Below are positions 56,225 to 64,000 of a DNA stretch of 64,000 nucleotides, piece by piece. The translations under genes and the position numbers were made by a program. This stretch comes from Patescibacteria group bacterium (GTDB lineage Bacteria; Patescibacteriota; Minisyncoccia; Phycocordibacterales; PALSA-1337): contig JAGWLA010000001.1 of assembly GCA_028865095.1 (NCBI GenBank), positions 47,244-111,243 of the forward strand. Direction: 5' to 3'. The notes beneath the pieces were generated by a model that saw only the letters and a program-made list of their open reading frames with translations, did not search any database and was not told the origin of the DNA. Position 1 is the first letter of the stretch. Each line of letters begins with the position of its first letter.

Positions 56225-56246
56225 GATTCCCGCCATCTCCACAACA
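56225..56246 (+). repeat. Second direct copy of the tmRNA 3'-terminal 22 bp (CGATTCCCGCCATCTCCACAAC), plus an inverted partial copy at 56125-56135
   Basis: Exact 22-bp match to 56051-56072. AGATGGCGGGA at 56125-56135 is the reverse complement of TCCCGCCATCT. Confidence 0.75.
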
Positions 56247-56324
56247 CAAAAAAAACGCACGAACAGTGCTATACTAGGGAAGTCCTCGCGGACTTTTAAT
56301 ATAGGCAGATAACAATATATCCAT

Positions 56325-56546
56325 ATGAACCCGAACGAAGGATCCAATAACACCAACGGCTCGAATACGTGCTCGTGCAAGTGCGGCCATCACAAGCTCA
56401 TGCCGATCGCGGTCATGCTCATCGCCCTCGACATCCTCCTGGCCAATTTCGGCGTCTACAGCTGGTACGTGGCCACCATCATCTGGCCGATCCTGCTCAT
56501 CGTCGCCGCTTCAGGCAAGCTCTGCAAGTGCTGCGGGTGCAAATAA
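56325..56546 (+). CDS. Small Cys-rich membrane protein (CSCKCGHH ... 2 TM ... CKCCGCK)
   Basis: 73 aa with two hydrophobic helices flanked by Cys clusters. TATACT-like box upstream at 56268-56275. Confidence 0.45.
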   Translation: MNPNEGSNNTNGSNTCSCKCGHHKLMPIAVMLIALDILLANFGVYSWYVATIIWPILLIVAASGKLCKCCGCK

Positions 56547-56567
56547 GCGCTGCAAGGTAGACCTCTC

Positions 56568-57839
56568 ATGACCACGCCAGAGCTCGTCGCATTCATCAAG
56601 GAACAGAAAGCCAAGGGCGTGCCGCGCGAAGCGATATCGGCCATGCTCTCGGGGCAAGGCTGGACGGTCGCCGACATCGAAGAGGGGATGGCGACCGCCG
56701 AGCCGGCGCCAGCCCCGTCATCGTTGCCGCCTGTCCCGCCCGCTCCGGCGGCCCCTGCCATGCGGCCGGCTATGCCGAGCGCTCGGGCTCTCTCGCCGCT
56801 CTCGTCGAGGCATGCCCACGGCGCGAAGCTCTTCGCGGCGATCATCGCCGCCATCGTCGTCTGCCTCGGCGGAGCGGGCGCGTATGCGTACTATCAGCTG
56901 GTGGTCGCGCCGACGCCCTCGGCATCGGAGCTCATAAGCCAGGGCATGGCGAACACATTGGGCAATATAAGCTCGGCCCGCTTCGAGGCGACCACCACGG
57001 GGACGGTCTCGGGCGCGTCCATCGCGGGGAATCCGCCGTTCTCGTCCTCGTTCTCTTTCGAGGCGGCGGGATCCTTCAGCGGCTCCGTCGTCGACGGCGC
57101 CCCTTACAACAAGCTGTCGTCCGACATCAAGGCACATGCGACGTTCGATGTAGGGACGAGCACCGGCTCTCTGGCCGTCGATGCCAAGGCCATCGTCATC
57201 GGGAAAGACTCGTATCTCTATATCAACGACGCTTCGGTCTCGTACCGTTCGTCCGACCCGAAGCAGGCGTTCGTCCAGGGGATGGTCGGAGCGGTGAACG
57301 GCTTCCTGCCCTCGTTCGAAGGGAAGTGGATACTGGCTCCGGCCGCCTCTTCGACGGTCGCCCAGCCGGCATTCGATGCGGCTGATGTGGCGGCGATGCA
57401 GAGCTATATCAAAAGCTTGGGCTATGTGCGCTCGGCTTCCGTCGTCGGGAGCGATTCGATCGGCGGAGTCCCGTCATATCATGTCGCGGCCTCTCTTCAG
57501 GATGACGGAGGGTTCGCTTCTCTCGTGCGCTCGCTCATGGTGAAGCGCGAGCCGTCGCTCGCCACCACCCCGGCATTCGAGAAGGGCATGGCGAGCTTCA
57601 AAGCGGCGTCGGAACAGCCGATCAGCCTCGATCTGTGGGTAGGGAAGGCTGACGGGCGCATCCATCGGATATCGCTGTCGGGGATCTCCTATGCGGACGC
57701 TTCTACGGGAGCGGCCGTATCGTTCGATACCGACATCGAGCTCGATCAGCAGGGCCAGCCGGTGGACATAGCCGCTCCTCAAGGCGCAGTGACCATGCAG
57801 GCGCTCATCCAGAGCATGTTCGGCGGCCGGCCTCTATGA
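56568..57839 (+). CDS. Hypothetical membrane-anchored protein (N-terminal soluble domain, Pro-rich linker, TM, large extracytoplasmic domain)
   Basis: TM helix AAIIAAIVVCLGGAGAYAYYQLVV. No family recognised. Confidence 0.5.
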   Translation: MTTPELVAFIKEQKAKGVPREAISAMLSGQGWTVADIEEGMATAEPAPAPSSLPPVPPAPAAPAMRPAMPSARALSPLSSRHAHGAKLFAAIIAAIVVCLGGAGAYAYYQLVVAPTPSASELISQGMANTLGNISSARFEATTTGTVSGASIAGNPPFSSSFSFEAAGSFSGSVVDGAPYNKLSSDIKAHATFDVGTSTGSLAVDAKAIVIGKDSYLYINDASVSYRSSDPKQAFVQGMVGAVNGFLPSFEGKWILAPAASSTVAQPAFDAADVAAMQSYIKSLGYVRSASVVGSDSIGGVPSYHVAASLQDDGGFASLVRSLMVKREPSLATTPAFEKGMASFKAASEQPISLDLWVGKADGRIHRISLSGISYADASTGAAVSFDTDIELDQQGQPVDIAAPQGAVTMQALIQSMFGGRPL

Positions 57840-58450
57840 GCGGCTTCTTGCACATGCTGACCGATCCGCGGGCCCTCATCGCGGCCCTCGGCATGACGGG
57901 CGTCATCATAGCGGTCTTCGCGGAGACGGGCCTGTTCGTCGGATTCTTCCTGCCTGGCGACTCGCTGCTCTTCACCGCCGGCTTCTTGGCGTCGCAGGGA
58001 TATATGCCCGTCGGCTGGCTCTTCATCGGGGCTTTTGCGGCCGCGGTCGCGGGCGATGCCCTCGGCTATGCCTTCGGCGCCAAAGCGGGGCCGGCCCTCT
58101 TCGTCAAAGACGATTCGCTCTTCTTCGACCGGAAGCATATCGCTCGGGCGGAGCATTTCTATGAGAGATACGGGAAGAAAGCCGTCATATTGGCCCGGTT
58201 CGTGCCGATCGTCAGGACATTCGCGCCTATCGTGGCGGGCATCGGTTCCATGCGCTATCGGACCTTTCTGACATTCAATGTCATCGGGGGGCTCGCCTGG
58301 ACGGCGCTGATGGTCTTCTCGGGATACGGGCTCGGCTCGGTCATCCCTGACCCGGACCGCTATGTCATGCCGGCGGTGGCCCTCATCGTCATCGTCTCCG
58401 TCATCCCGGTGATCAGGGAAGCTTTGCTCCGGAGGAGAGGCGACCGGTAG
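57836..58450 (+). CDS. dedA: DedA family membrane protein
   Basis: GLFVGFFLPGDSLLFTAGF and ARFVPIVRTFAPIVAG motifs. 4-nt overlap with the preceding gene. Confidence 0.8.
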   Translation: MSGFLHMLTDPRALIAALGMTGVIIAVFAETGLFVGFFLPGDSLLFTAGFLASQGYMPVGWLFIGAFAAAVAGDALGYAFGAKAGPALFVKDDSLFFDRKHIARAEHFYERYGKKAVILARFVPIVRTFAPIVAGIGSMRYRTFLTFNVIGGLAWTALMVFSGYGLGSVIPDPDRYVMPAVALIVIVSVIPVIREALLRRRGDR

Positions 58451-58519
58451 GGCATCGTCGTTTGACTTGAGTTTGGCGGCGTTGTACATTTATCGCGAAC
58501 GAAAGCGAATCATTGAAAT

Positions 58520-59077
58520 ATGAATGCATATATCGTCGGTATGGCGCTCGGCGCCGCGGCGATGGCCGCGCTCTTCCGGGTCGGCCATCAATTCAGAAAA
58601 GCGCTCACGCGCCCTTGCCCGACATGCGGGAGGCTCATATTCAAGGCTGCGCTGCATTACCTTTCGGTCAGCGCCGAGTCTCATATCCCTCGCAGGTGGT
58701 GGATCTATTGCGATACCGTCACCATCCGCCTCTGCGCGATGAGGCATATCAACATCAAGACCGACACGCGGTGGATCTCTGTCTGGGCATGGTATTGGCG
58801 CAAGCTATTCCATCCTGACCATTTCATCATGACTCCGTATAAGGCGGACTGTCTGAAAGCCAAGGATGGATATGGCCGGTCGATGCCCCCGGCGAGCCGG
58901 CTGAAGATCCGCATCAAGACCCTCGGCATCCCCGGATCTGACGGCTTCGGCCAGGCGCTGAAGCCCGTCCGCCATGCGGATAGCCTGAGCGTCTCGCCGA
59001 GGATGGCGTTCTTCCGCGAGCAGCTCCGTCGTCGCGAAGGGACCCATCGCCTCGGCGATCATGGCGATCCGCGATGA
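58520..59077 (+). CDS. Hypothetical protein with N-terminal TM and a CPTCGR zinc-ribbon-like motif (weak)
   Basis: Moderate GC3 bias. Competes with a minus-strand ORF 58805-59464. Low confidence that it is coding. Confidence 0.25.
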   Translation: MNAYIVGMALGAAAMAALFRVGHQFRKALTRPCPTCGRLIFKAALHYLSVSAESHIPRRWWIYCDTVTIRLCAMRHINIKTDTRWISVWAWYWRKLFHPDHFIMTPYKADCLKAKDGYGRSMPPASRLKIRIKTLGIPGSDGFGQALKPVRHADSLSVSPRMAFFREQLRRREGTHRLGDHGDPR

Positions 59078-59181
59078 ACGCGCCCCTCCGATCTTTTGTC
59101 TTTTGCGCTTACGCGGCCGGCTCGGCCGCTTTTTTGTTGCCTGCCCGCCGTGCCCGGCGGCTTTCAATTCCGGCCGGATTC

Positions 59182-59189
59182 TGTATAAT
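59182..59189 (+). promoter_or_regulatory. Extended -10 (TGTATAAT) 6 nt upstream of the ftsH ATG (leaderless)
   Basis: CTGTATAATCCATCCATG. Confidence 0.5.
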
Positions 59190-59195
59190 CCATCC

Positions 59196-61136
59196 ATGCC
59201 TCCTCTATCCTCGAACGGCCGTTCCGGCCGCCCGCAGCGCTCGGGCGGGAAGGACAGCCGTCCTCCCAATCGCTTTTTCCGGCCTCGCTGGGGCTTCCTC
59301 AACATCGTGGCCACGGTGGTGCTCATATTCCTGCTCATATCGGGCATATATGCCGAATACGCGGGCCAGTCGCAGGCGGTGCCGACCGTGCCGCTTTCGA
59401 CCATCGCCCAAGGCGTCAAAGACGGGTCGGTCTCTGCGCTCGTCATCCAGGACACGACCGTCACCGCTACCTACGCCGACAAGTCGCAGAAGAACGCCCA
59501 GATAGAGCCGAACTCGTCCCTGACCGGCTCGCTCGAGCGCTTCGGGGTGACCGCGGCCGAGCTGGCTTCGACCACGGTCTCCGCGTCCCAGCCCAGCGGG
59601 CTCTTGTACTGGACCGAGCAGCTGGCGCCGTTCATCATCCCGCTGGTCGGCTTGATCCTCTTCGTGTGGCTCATATCGCGCCAGATGCGGGGAGCGGGCA
59701 TGGCCGCGCTGTCGTTCGGGCAGTCGAAGGCGCGCGTCACCCTTCCCGAGGACCAGAAGCAGCGGGTCACGTTCAAAGACGTGGCGGGAGCCAAGGAAGC
59801 CAAGCAGGAGCTGTCGGAGATCGTCGACTTCCTGAAGAACCCGAAGAAATTCCTCGACATCGGCGCCGTCATCCCGAAGGGCGTCCTGCTCATGGGCGCT
59901 CCGGGCACGGGCAAGACCTTGCTCGCCCGGGCGGTCGCCGGCGAGGCGGGCGTGGCTTTCTTCTCGATATCGGGCTCCGAATTCGTGGAGATGTTCGTCG
60001 GCGTGGGAGCGAGCCGGGTGCGCGACCTCTTCAAGATGGCCAAGGAAGTGGCGCCGGCCATCGTCTTCGTGGACGAGATCGACGCCGTGGGCCGCGCCCG
60101 CGGGGGAGGCTTCGGCGGCTCGAACGACGAGCGCGAGCAGACCCTGAACCAGATCCTGGTGGAGATGGACGGCTTCGAGCCGAACGAGAAGGTCATCGTC
60201 ATGGCGGCCACCAACCGGCCCGACGTCCTCGATCCGGCCCTCCTGCGGCCGGGGCGCTTCGACCGCCGGGTAGTCATCGACCTGCCCGACCGGAGCGACC
60301 GCGAGGAGATCATGAAGATCCACGTCTCCAAGAAGCAGCTGGCCGAGGACGTCAACCTCAAGGTCTTGGCCGAGCGCACGCCCGGCTTCTCCGGCGCCGA
60401 CCTCGCCTCTCTCACCAACGAGGCGGCCATCCTGGCGGCCCGCGAAGGGCGGACGTCCATCGGCCAGTTCGATTTCATACGCTCGATAGAAAAGGTCATG
60501 CTCGGCCCGGAGCGCAAGAGCCATGTCCTGTCTCCCCATGAGAAGGAGATCACCGCTTACCATGAGGCGGGCCACGCGATCATCGCCTCGGTCCTGCCGA
60601 ACGCCGACCCGGTCCATAAGATATCCATCATCTCCCGCGGCCGGGCGGCGGGTTACACCCTCAAGCTGCCGTTCGAAGACCGCAAGCTCCAGTCCCGCAA
60701 GGAGTTCCTGGACGACATCGCCGTGTCGCTCGGCGGCTACGTCGCGGAGATGGCCATGTTCGACGACTTGACGACGGGCGCATCGAACGACCTCCAAGTG
60801 TCGACGGCCCTCGCCCGCAGCATGGTGACCCAATACGGCATGTCCGACAAGATCGGGCCGGTGGCTCTCGAGAGCTCGCAGGGAAGGGCGATGTTCGGCA
60901 TGGGCGTCGGCGACAAGGAATATTCGGAGAAGATGGCGGCGGAGATCGACAGCGAGGTCAACCGCATCATGACGGAAGCCCGCGCCACTGCGGAGAAAGC
61001 CTTGAAAGGGCATACGAAAGCCTTCGAAGCGGTGGCCAAGCGCCTGATCGAGGCGGAGACGATCGAGCGGGAAGAGTACGAGGCCCTTCTCGCCGCCAAC
61101 GGCATCATGGTCAGGAAAGAGGCGAAAGCGGCGTGA
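59196..61136 (+). CDS. ftsH: ATP-dependent zinc metalloprotease FtsH
   Basis: AAA Walker [14 protein letters not shown], second region of homology, HEAGHA zinc site. Start at MPPLSSNG; the track ORF upstream from 59061 is not coding. Confidence 0.93.
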   Translation: MPPLSSNGRSGRPQRSGGKDSRPPNRFFRPRWGFLNIVATVVLIFLLISGIYAEYAGQSQAVPTVPLSTIAQGVKDGSVSALVIQDTTVTATYADKSQKNAQIEPNSSLTGSLERFGVTAAELASTTVSASQPSGLLYWTEQLAPFIIPLVGLILFVWLISRQMRGAGMAALSFGQSKARVTLPEDQKQRVTFKDVAGAKEAKQELSEIVDFLKNPKKFLDIGAVIPKGVLLMGAPGTGKTLLARAVAGEAGVAFFSISGSEFVEMFVGVGASRVRDLFKMAKEVAPAIVFVDEIDAVGRARGGGFGGSNDEREQTLNQILVEMDGFEPNEKVIVMAATNRPDVLDPALLRPGRFDRRVVIDLPDRSDREEIMKIHVSKKQLAEDVNLKVLAERTPGFSGADLASLTNEAAILAAREGRTSIGQFDFIRSIEKVMLGPERKSHVLSPHEKEITAYHEAGHAIIASVLPNADPVHKISIISRGRAAGYTLKLPFEDRKLQSRKEFLDDIAVSLGGYVAEMAMFDDLTTGASNDLQVSTALARSMVTQYGMSDKIGPVALESSQGRAMFGMGVGDKEYSEKMAAEIDSEVNRIMTEARATAEKALKGHTKAFEAVAKRLIEAETIEREEYEALLAANGIMVRKEAKAA

Positions 61137-61182
61137 GCCGGGCGCTTCCTTTCGCCGCCGTTTTGGTCTAAGCTATCAGCGA

Positions 61183-61256
61183 CCGCCCCTAGCTCAGTTG
61201 GTTAGAGCATCGAGCTTATACCTCGAGGGTCCTTGGTTCGAATCCAAGGGGGCGGA
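61183..61256 (+). tRNA. tRNA-Ile with anticodon UAU (reads AUA)
   Basis: Cloverleaf: acceptor CCGCCCC/GGGGCGG, U8, D-arm GCUC-AGUUGGUUA-GAGC, anticodon stem UCGAG/CUCGA, loop CUUAUAC (U33, anticodon UAU, A37), variable loop GGGUC, T-arm CUUGG-UUCGAAU-CCAAG, discriminator A. CCA not encoded. Confidence 0.8.
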
Positions 61257-61266
61257 CAGCATAGAG

Positions 61267-63579
61267 CTACTCGAAATGGATGGTATCGCCGTATGATGCG
61301 GCGCCGGCCGCCAGGGAAGGGTAGCGGGAAAGGGACCGGTCCTCGTCGACGAGGCGGGCCGCTTCGGCGCGGGCGGCTTCGACGAGCCGGAGGTTCTTCA
61401 AGGCGTCCATGGCCAGGTCCGACACGCCCCACTGGCGCGCTCCGGAGAGCTGGCCGGGGCCGCGCTGCTGCATGTCCGCTTCGGCCAGCTCGAAGCCGTT
61501 CTTGGCGGTCTTGAGCGCTTTCAGGCGCTCGACGGACTTCTCGCTGGTGGCCTCGGCGAAGCAGTAGCAATACGCCTGGTGCGAGCTGCGCATGACCCGG
61601 CCGCGGAGCTGATGGAGCTGGGCCAGGCCGAAGCGCTCGGCTCCTTCGATGACGATGACGGTGGCGTTGGGCACGTTGACGCCGACCTCGACGACCGAGG
61701 TCGAGCAGAGGATGCGGATGCGCCCGTCGGCGAACTCCTTCATGGCCCGGTCCTTCTCCGCCGGCTTCATCTTGCCGTGGAGGATGCCGATCACATATTC
61801 GGGGAAGACGCTCTCTTTGAGGCGGGCGGCCTCTTCCTTGACCGACCGGGCCACCACGGCGGCTTCCTTGTCGGGGTCGGGCTCGTCGATGCGGGGGCAT
61901 ATGACGTACGCTTGCCGGCCTTCCCGCAATTCCTGCCGGATCCTCTCATATGTCTCGTCGCGCTTGGACGGATAGACGATCTCGGTGACGATCGGCTTCC
62001 TGCCGGCGGGCGATTCGTCGAGGAGGGTGAGGTCGAGGTCGCCGTACAAGGTGAGCGCCAGAGTGCGGGGGATGGGGGTGGCGGTCATGGAGAGGAGGTG
62101 GGGGACCGGAGGGCGGAAAGGCTCCTCAGGGAACGGGTGTCGCGCCTGCTGGCGCGCACCCTCGTTCTCGGACGCCTTCGCGTCCTCCGAAAGTCCCTTC
62201 GAAGCCTTTCCGCCCCCTGGTCCCTCGTCCCCCTTCTTGACCAGCTTCGCCCGCTGCTTCGTGCCGAAGCGGTGCTGCTCGTCGATGACGACGAACGCAA
62301 GGTGCTTGAACCGGACGGCTTTCTGGATGAGGGCATGGGTGCCCACGACCGCCGCGATCTCGCCATTCTCGATCCACGACAGGAGCTGGCTCCGCGATAT
62401 GTCGGTCCATCCTTTCGGGTTGACCTTCGACGGGAAGATCCGGCAGCCGGACGAGGTGATGAGGGCGATGCGGATGGGCAGGTAGGAGAAATACCGGATG
62501 AACGACTCGAATTGCTGGGCGGCCAGGATCTCGGTAGGGCACATGTACGCCATCTGGAGCGAGCCGAACTTCTGGCGGGCCCGCGCCCCGTTCGCGCCGA
62601 CGACGCTCGGCGGGGTGGTGATCGCCGCGAAGGCCGCCGCCGCGGCCACGGCTGTCTTGCCGGAGCCGACGTCGCCTTCGAGCAGGCGGGCCATGGCTTC
62701 GCCGCGGCCGAAATCCTTGAGGATGGCGTCCACGGCGCGCCGCTGGGCGGCTGTCATCTCGAACGGGAAGCGCCGGACGAATTCGTCGACCTGGCGGCGC
62801 TCCGGCTCGATGACGAACGCCGGGTCGGCGCGATAGGCGGCCCGCGCCCTCTGGCGGGCGAGCTGGATCAGGAATATCTCCTCGAACGCGAAGCGCTTGC
62901 GCGCCGCCTCGGCGTCCTCTTTCTTCATGGGCATATGGATCCAGATGAGGGCGGTGCGGAGGCTCGGCAGCTTGTAGCGGACGAGGATGTGGCCGGGCAG
63001 CGGGTCGTCGATGCCGTCGAGGATGCCGCTCTTGAAGAGCTTGTCGACGGCGTGATATATCCAGGCCGAGCTCACGCCGCGCGATTCGGGATAGACGGGG
63101 TAGAGGCTGTGGGCGGCCCCTTCGTCCCCGAAGAGGGAATCGCCGACGCCGGTCGGCAGCTTGTTCACGACCTCGATCTTGGGATTGGAGAGATAGAGCT
63201 CGCCGGTGCCGCGCCGCTCGGAGACCTTGCCCTCGATGCGCACGGCGGCGCCCTCGGGGGTCATCGAGGCGAGGTACGGCTGGTTGAACCAGACGCAATG
63301 GATGCGGCCGGTCTCGTCCTCGACCGTGCCGTCGGCCATGGCCACTTTGGTCTTGAAGCCCTTGGAAGCCTTGAGACCGGTGATCTTGCCGAAGATGACG
63401 GCGGTGTCGCCTTTGCCGAGGCTGTCGATGCTGCGCGACGCCACGGCATCGCCGTAGCGGGACGGGAAATGGTAGAGGAGGTCGCGGACCGAGGCTATGC
63501 CGAGGCGGGCCAGGGCGTCGCGCTGGGGCGGGGTGAGGCGGAAGCGGTCGGTGACGGGGGTGTCGAGAGTGAGCGCCAT
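61267..63579 (-). CDS. recG: ATP-dependent DNA helicase RecG
   Basis: Wedge/OB N-terminal domain and SF2 helicase motifs (GDVGSGKT, VIDEQHRFG, MTATPIPRTL). About 40-aa low-complexity insertion between motifs II and III. Confidence 0.9.
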   Translation of the reverse strand: MALTLDTPVTDRFRLTPPQRDALARLGIASVRDLLYHFPSRYGDAVASRSIDSLGKGDTAVIFGKITGLKASKGFKTKVAMADGTVEDETGRIHCVWFNQPYLASMTPEGAAVRIEGKVSERRGTGELYLSNPKIEVVNKLPTGVGDSLFGDEGAAHSLYPVYPESRGVSSAWIYHAVDKLFKSGILDGIDDPLPGHILVRYKLPSLRTALIWIHMPMKKEDAEAARKRFAFEEIFLIQLARQRARAAYRADPAFVIEPERRQVDEFVRRFPFEMTAAQRRAVDAILKDFGRGEAMARLLEGDVGSGKTAVAAAAAFAAITTPPSVVGANGARARQKFGSLQMAYMCPTEILAAQQFESFIRYFSYLPIRIALITSSGCRIFPSKVNPKGWTDISRSQLLSWIENGEIAAVVGTHALIQKAVRFKHLAFVVIDEQHRFGTKQRAKLVKKGDEGPGGGKASKGLSEDAKASENEGARQQARHPFPEEPFRPPVPHLLSMTATPIPRTLALTLYGDLDLTLLDESPAGRKPIVTEIVYPSKRDETYERIRQELREGRQAYVICPRIDEPDPDKEAAVVARSVKEEAARLKESVFPEYVIGILHGKMKPAEKDRAMKEFADGRIRILCSTSVVEVGVNVPNATVIVIEGAERFGLAQLHQLRGRVMRSSHQAYCYCFAEATSEKSVERLKALKTAKNGFELAEADMQQRGPGQLSGARQWGVSDLAMDALKNLRLVEAARAEAARLVDEDRSLSRYPSLAAGAASYGDTIHFE

Positions 63580-63588
63580 GCGGACATT

Positions 63589-64000
63589 CTACACGATTCG
63601 GAAGATATTGCCTCCGCGGCCGGGCGCGCCGCGGAGGGCGATGAAGCCTTCGCGCTCGAGGGCGCCGAGGGCCTTGCGGACGGCGCCGGCCGGCCACCGT
63701 CCCGCGAACGCCCGCGCCAAGGCGCTCTCTGCGGCGGGCCCGGCGAGGAGCCGCTTCAGGAGGGCGGCGCGGAGCTGGCGGTTCGACCCTTCGAAAGCGC
63801 CCTGCTTCTTGTGGTGGGCGCTCCGGCGGGAAGGGTTGGGCATGGCGCCCTTCAGGTGCGAGCCGTAGTCCATGAGGGCCCAGTACCATTCCCGGGCGTT
63901 ATCCTTGAACGGCCCGCGGCGGACCGCATCCTTCAAGGTCCGCTCGATGATCGGCATGAGGGCGGCGTCGGGCACCGCCCGCCGCGCTCTGGGGAAGAAA
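63589..64000 (-). CDS. HhH-GPD superfamily DNA glycosylase-like protein, 3' portion (gene continues beyond window end)
   Basis: Frame is open to the window edge. NAREWYWALMDYGSHL resembles the helix after the HhH-GPD motif in Nth/MutY-like proteins. No Fe-S cysteine cluster is seen. Confidence 0.35.
   Translation of the reverse strand, partial: FFPRARRAVPDAALMPIIERTLKDAVRRGPFKDNAREWYWALMDYGSHLKGAMPNPSRRSAHHKKQGAFEGSNRQLRAALLKRLLAGPAAESALARAFAGRWPAGAVRKALGALEREGFIALRGAPGRGGNIFRIV

Noticed and set aside
59061-59195. Extended N-terminus of ftsH (MAIRDERAPPIFCLL...)
   Set aside because: It contains the TGTATAAT promoter element and is Cys/Arg-rich junk. The FtsH start at MPPLSS fits a leaderless transcript.
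58805-59464. 219-aa minus-strand ORF between dedA and ftsH
   Set aside because: Overlaps the ftsH promoter and 5' coding region in antisense. No motifs. The competing plus-strand ORF 58520-59077 is itself only weakly supported.
62126-63889. 587-aa alternative-frame minus ORF over recG (Arg/Pro-rich)
   Set aside because: Overlaps the bona fide RecG frame on the same strand. The R/P/G-rich composition is the typical shadow frame of a GC-rich gene.
1-64000. CRISPR arrays, rRNA genes, transposase or integrase genes
   Set aside because: No regularly spaced short repeats, no rRNA-like conserved segments, and no ORF with transposase/integrase catalytic motifs (DDE, tyrosine recombinase RHRY) were seen. 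The only mobile-element-like signal is the tmRNA 3' repeat scar.

Overview
High-GC (~65%) bacterial chromosome segment built around the conserved str / S10 / spc ribosomal-protein cluster. The order is rpsL-rpsG | fusA | tuf-rpsJ-rplC-rplD-rplW-rplB | rpsS-rplV-rpsC-rplP-rpmC-rpsQ-rplN-rplX-rplE | rpsZ-rpsH-rplF-rplR-rpsE-rplO-secY-adk-map, followed by ndk. At the four breaks marked '|', blocks of 5.7, 11.5, 6.4 and 6.35 kb have been inserted. Three of the four inserted blocks (1, 2 and 4) have their own intrinsic terminator and three (2, 3 and 4) their own promoter. Together they encode: (a) four giant Ser/Thr/Ala-rich secreted surface proteins with FN3 / PKD / LamG / beta-helix / peptidoglycan-binding domains; (b) a three-gene mannosylation module (GT39 protein O-mannosyltransferase, Ppm1-like GT2 fused to GtrA, GT-C DUF2029-like membrane transferase); (c) a sortase cassette with a candidate non-canonical substrate; (d) an ECF sigma / anti-sigma pair; (e) a MacAB-like HlyD + ABC exporter with a small leaderless membrane protein, a LysA-fold decarboxylase and an orphan histidine kinase; (f) a Y-family polymerase (DinB). 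Flanking genes are a split ComEC (channel domain and a separate, degenerate MBL domain) with a convergent SOD between them, rpmB, an M50 protease, ndk, an RNase J-like beta-CASP nuclease, infC-rpmI-rplT plus a PLD/Cls-like gene (reverse strand), smpB followed by tmRNA (with a 3'-end direct/inverted repeat scar and a Cys-rich small protein), a DedA protein, ftsH, a tRNA-Ile with anticodon UAU, recG and a partial HhH-GPD glycosylase. I also predict a ~150-nt small RNA with its own TTGACG-N18-TACAAT promoter and intrinsic terminator between ndk and the RNase J-like gene. Many genes have a TATAAT-like -10 box 5-9 nt upstream of the ATG and no Shine-Dalgarno sequence, consistent with widespread leaderless translation. 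There is no L30 between rpsE and rplO, and no infA-rpmJ-rpsM-rpsK-rpsD-rpoA-rplQ after map. Together with ComEC, SOD and the giant surface proteins this fits a Patescibacteria/CPR-like organism, but taxonomy is not proven. Long antisense or alternative-frame ORFs over the ribosomal genes are GC-driven artefacts.
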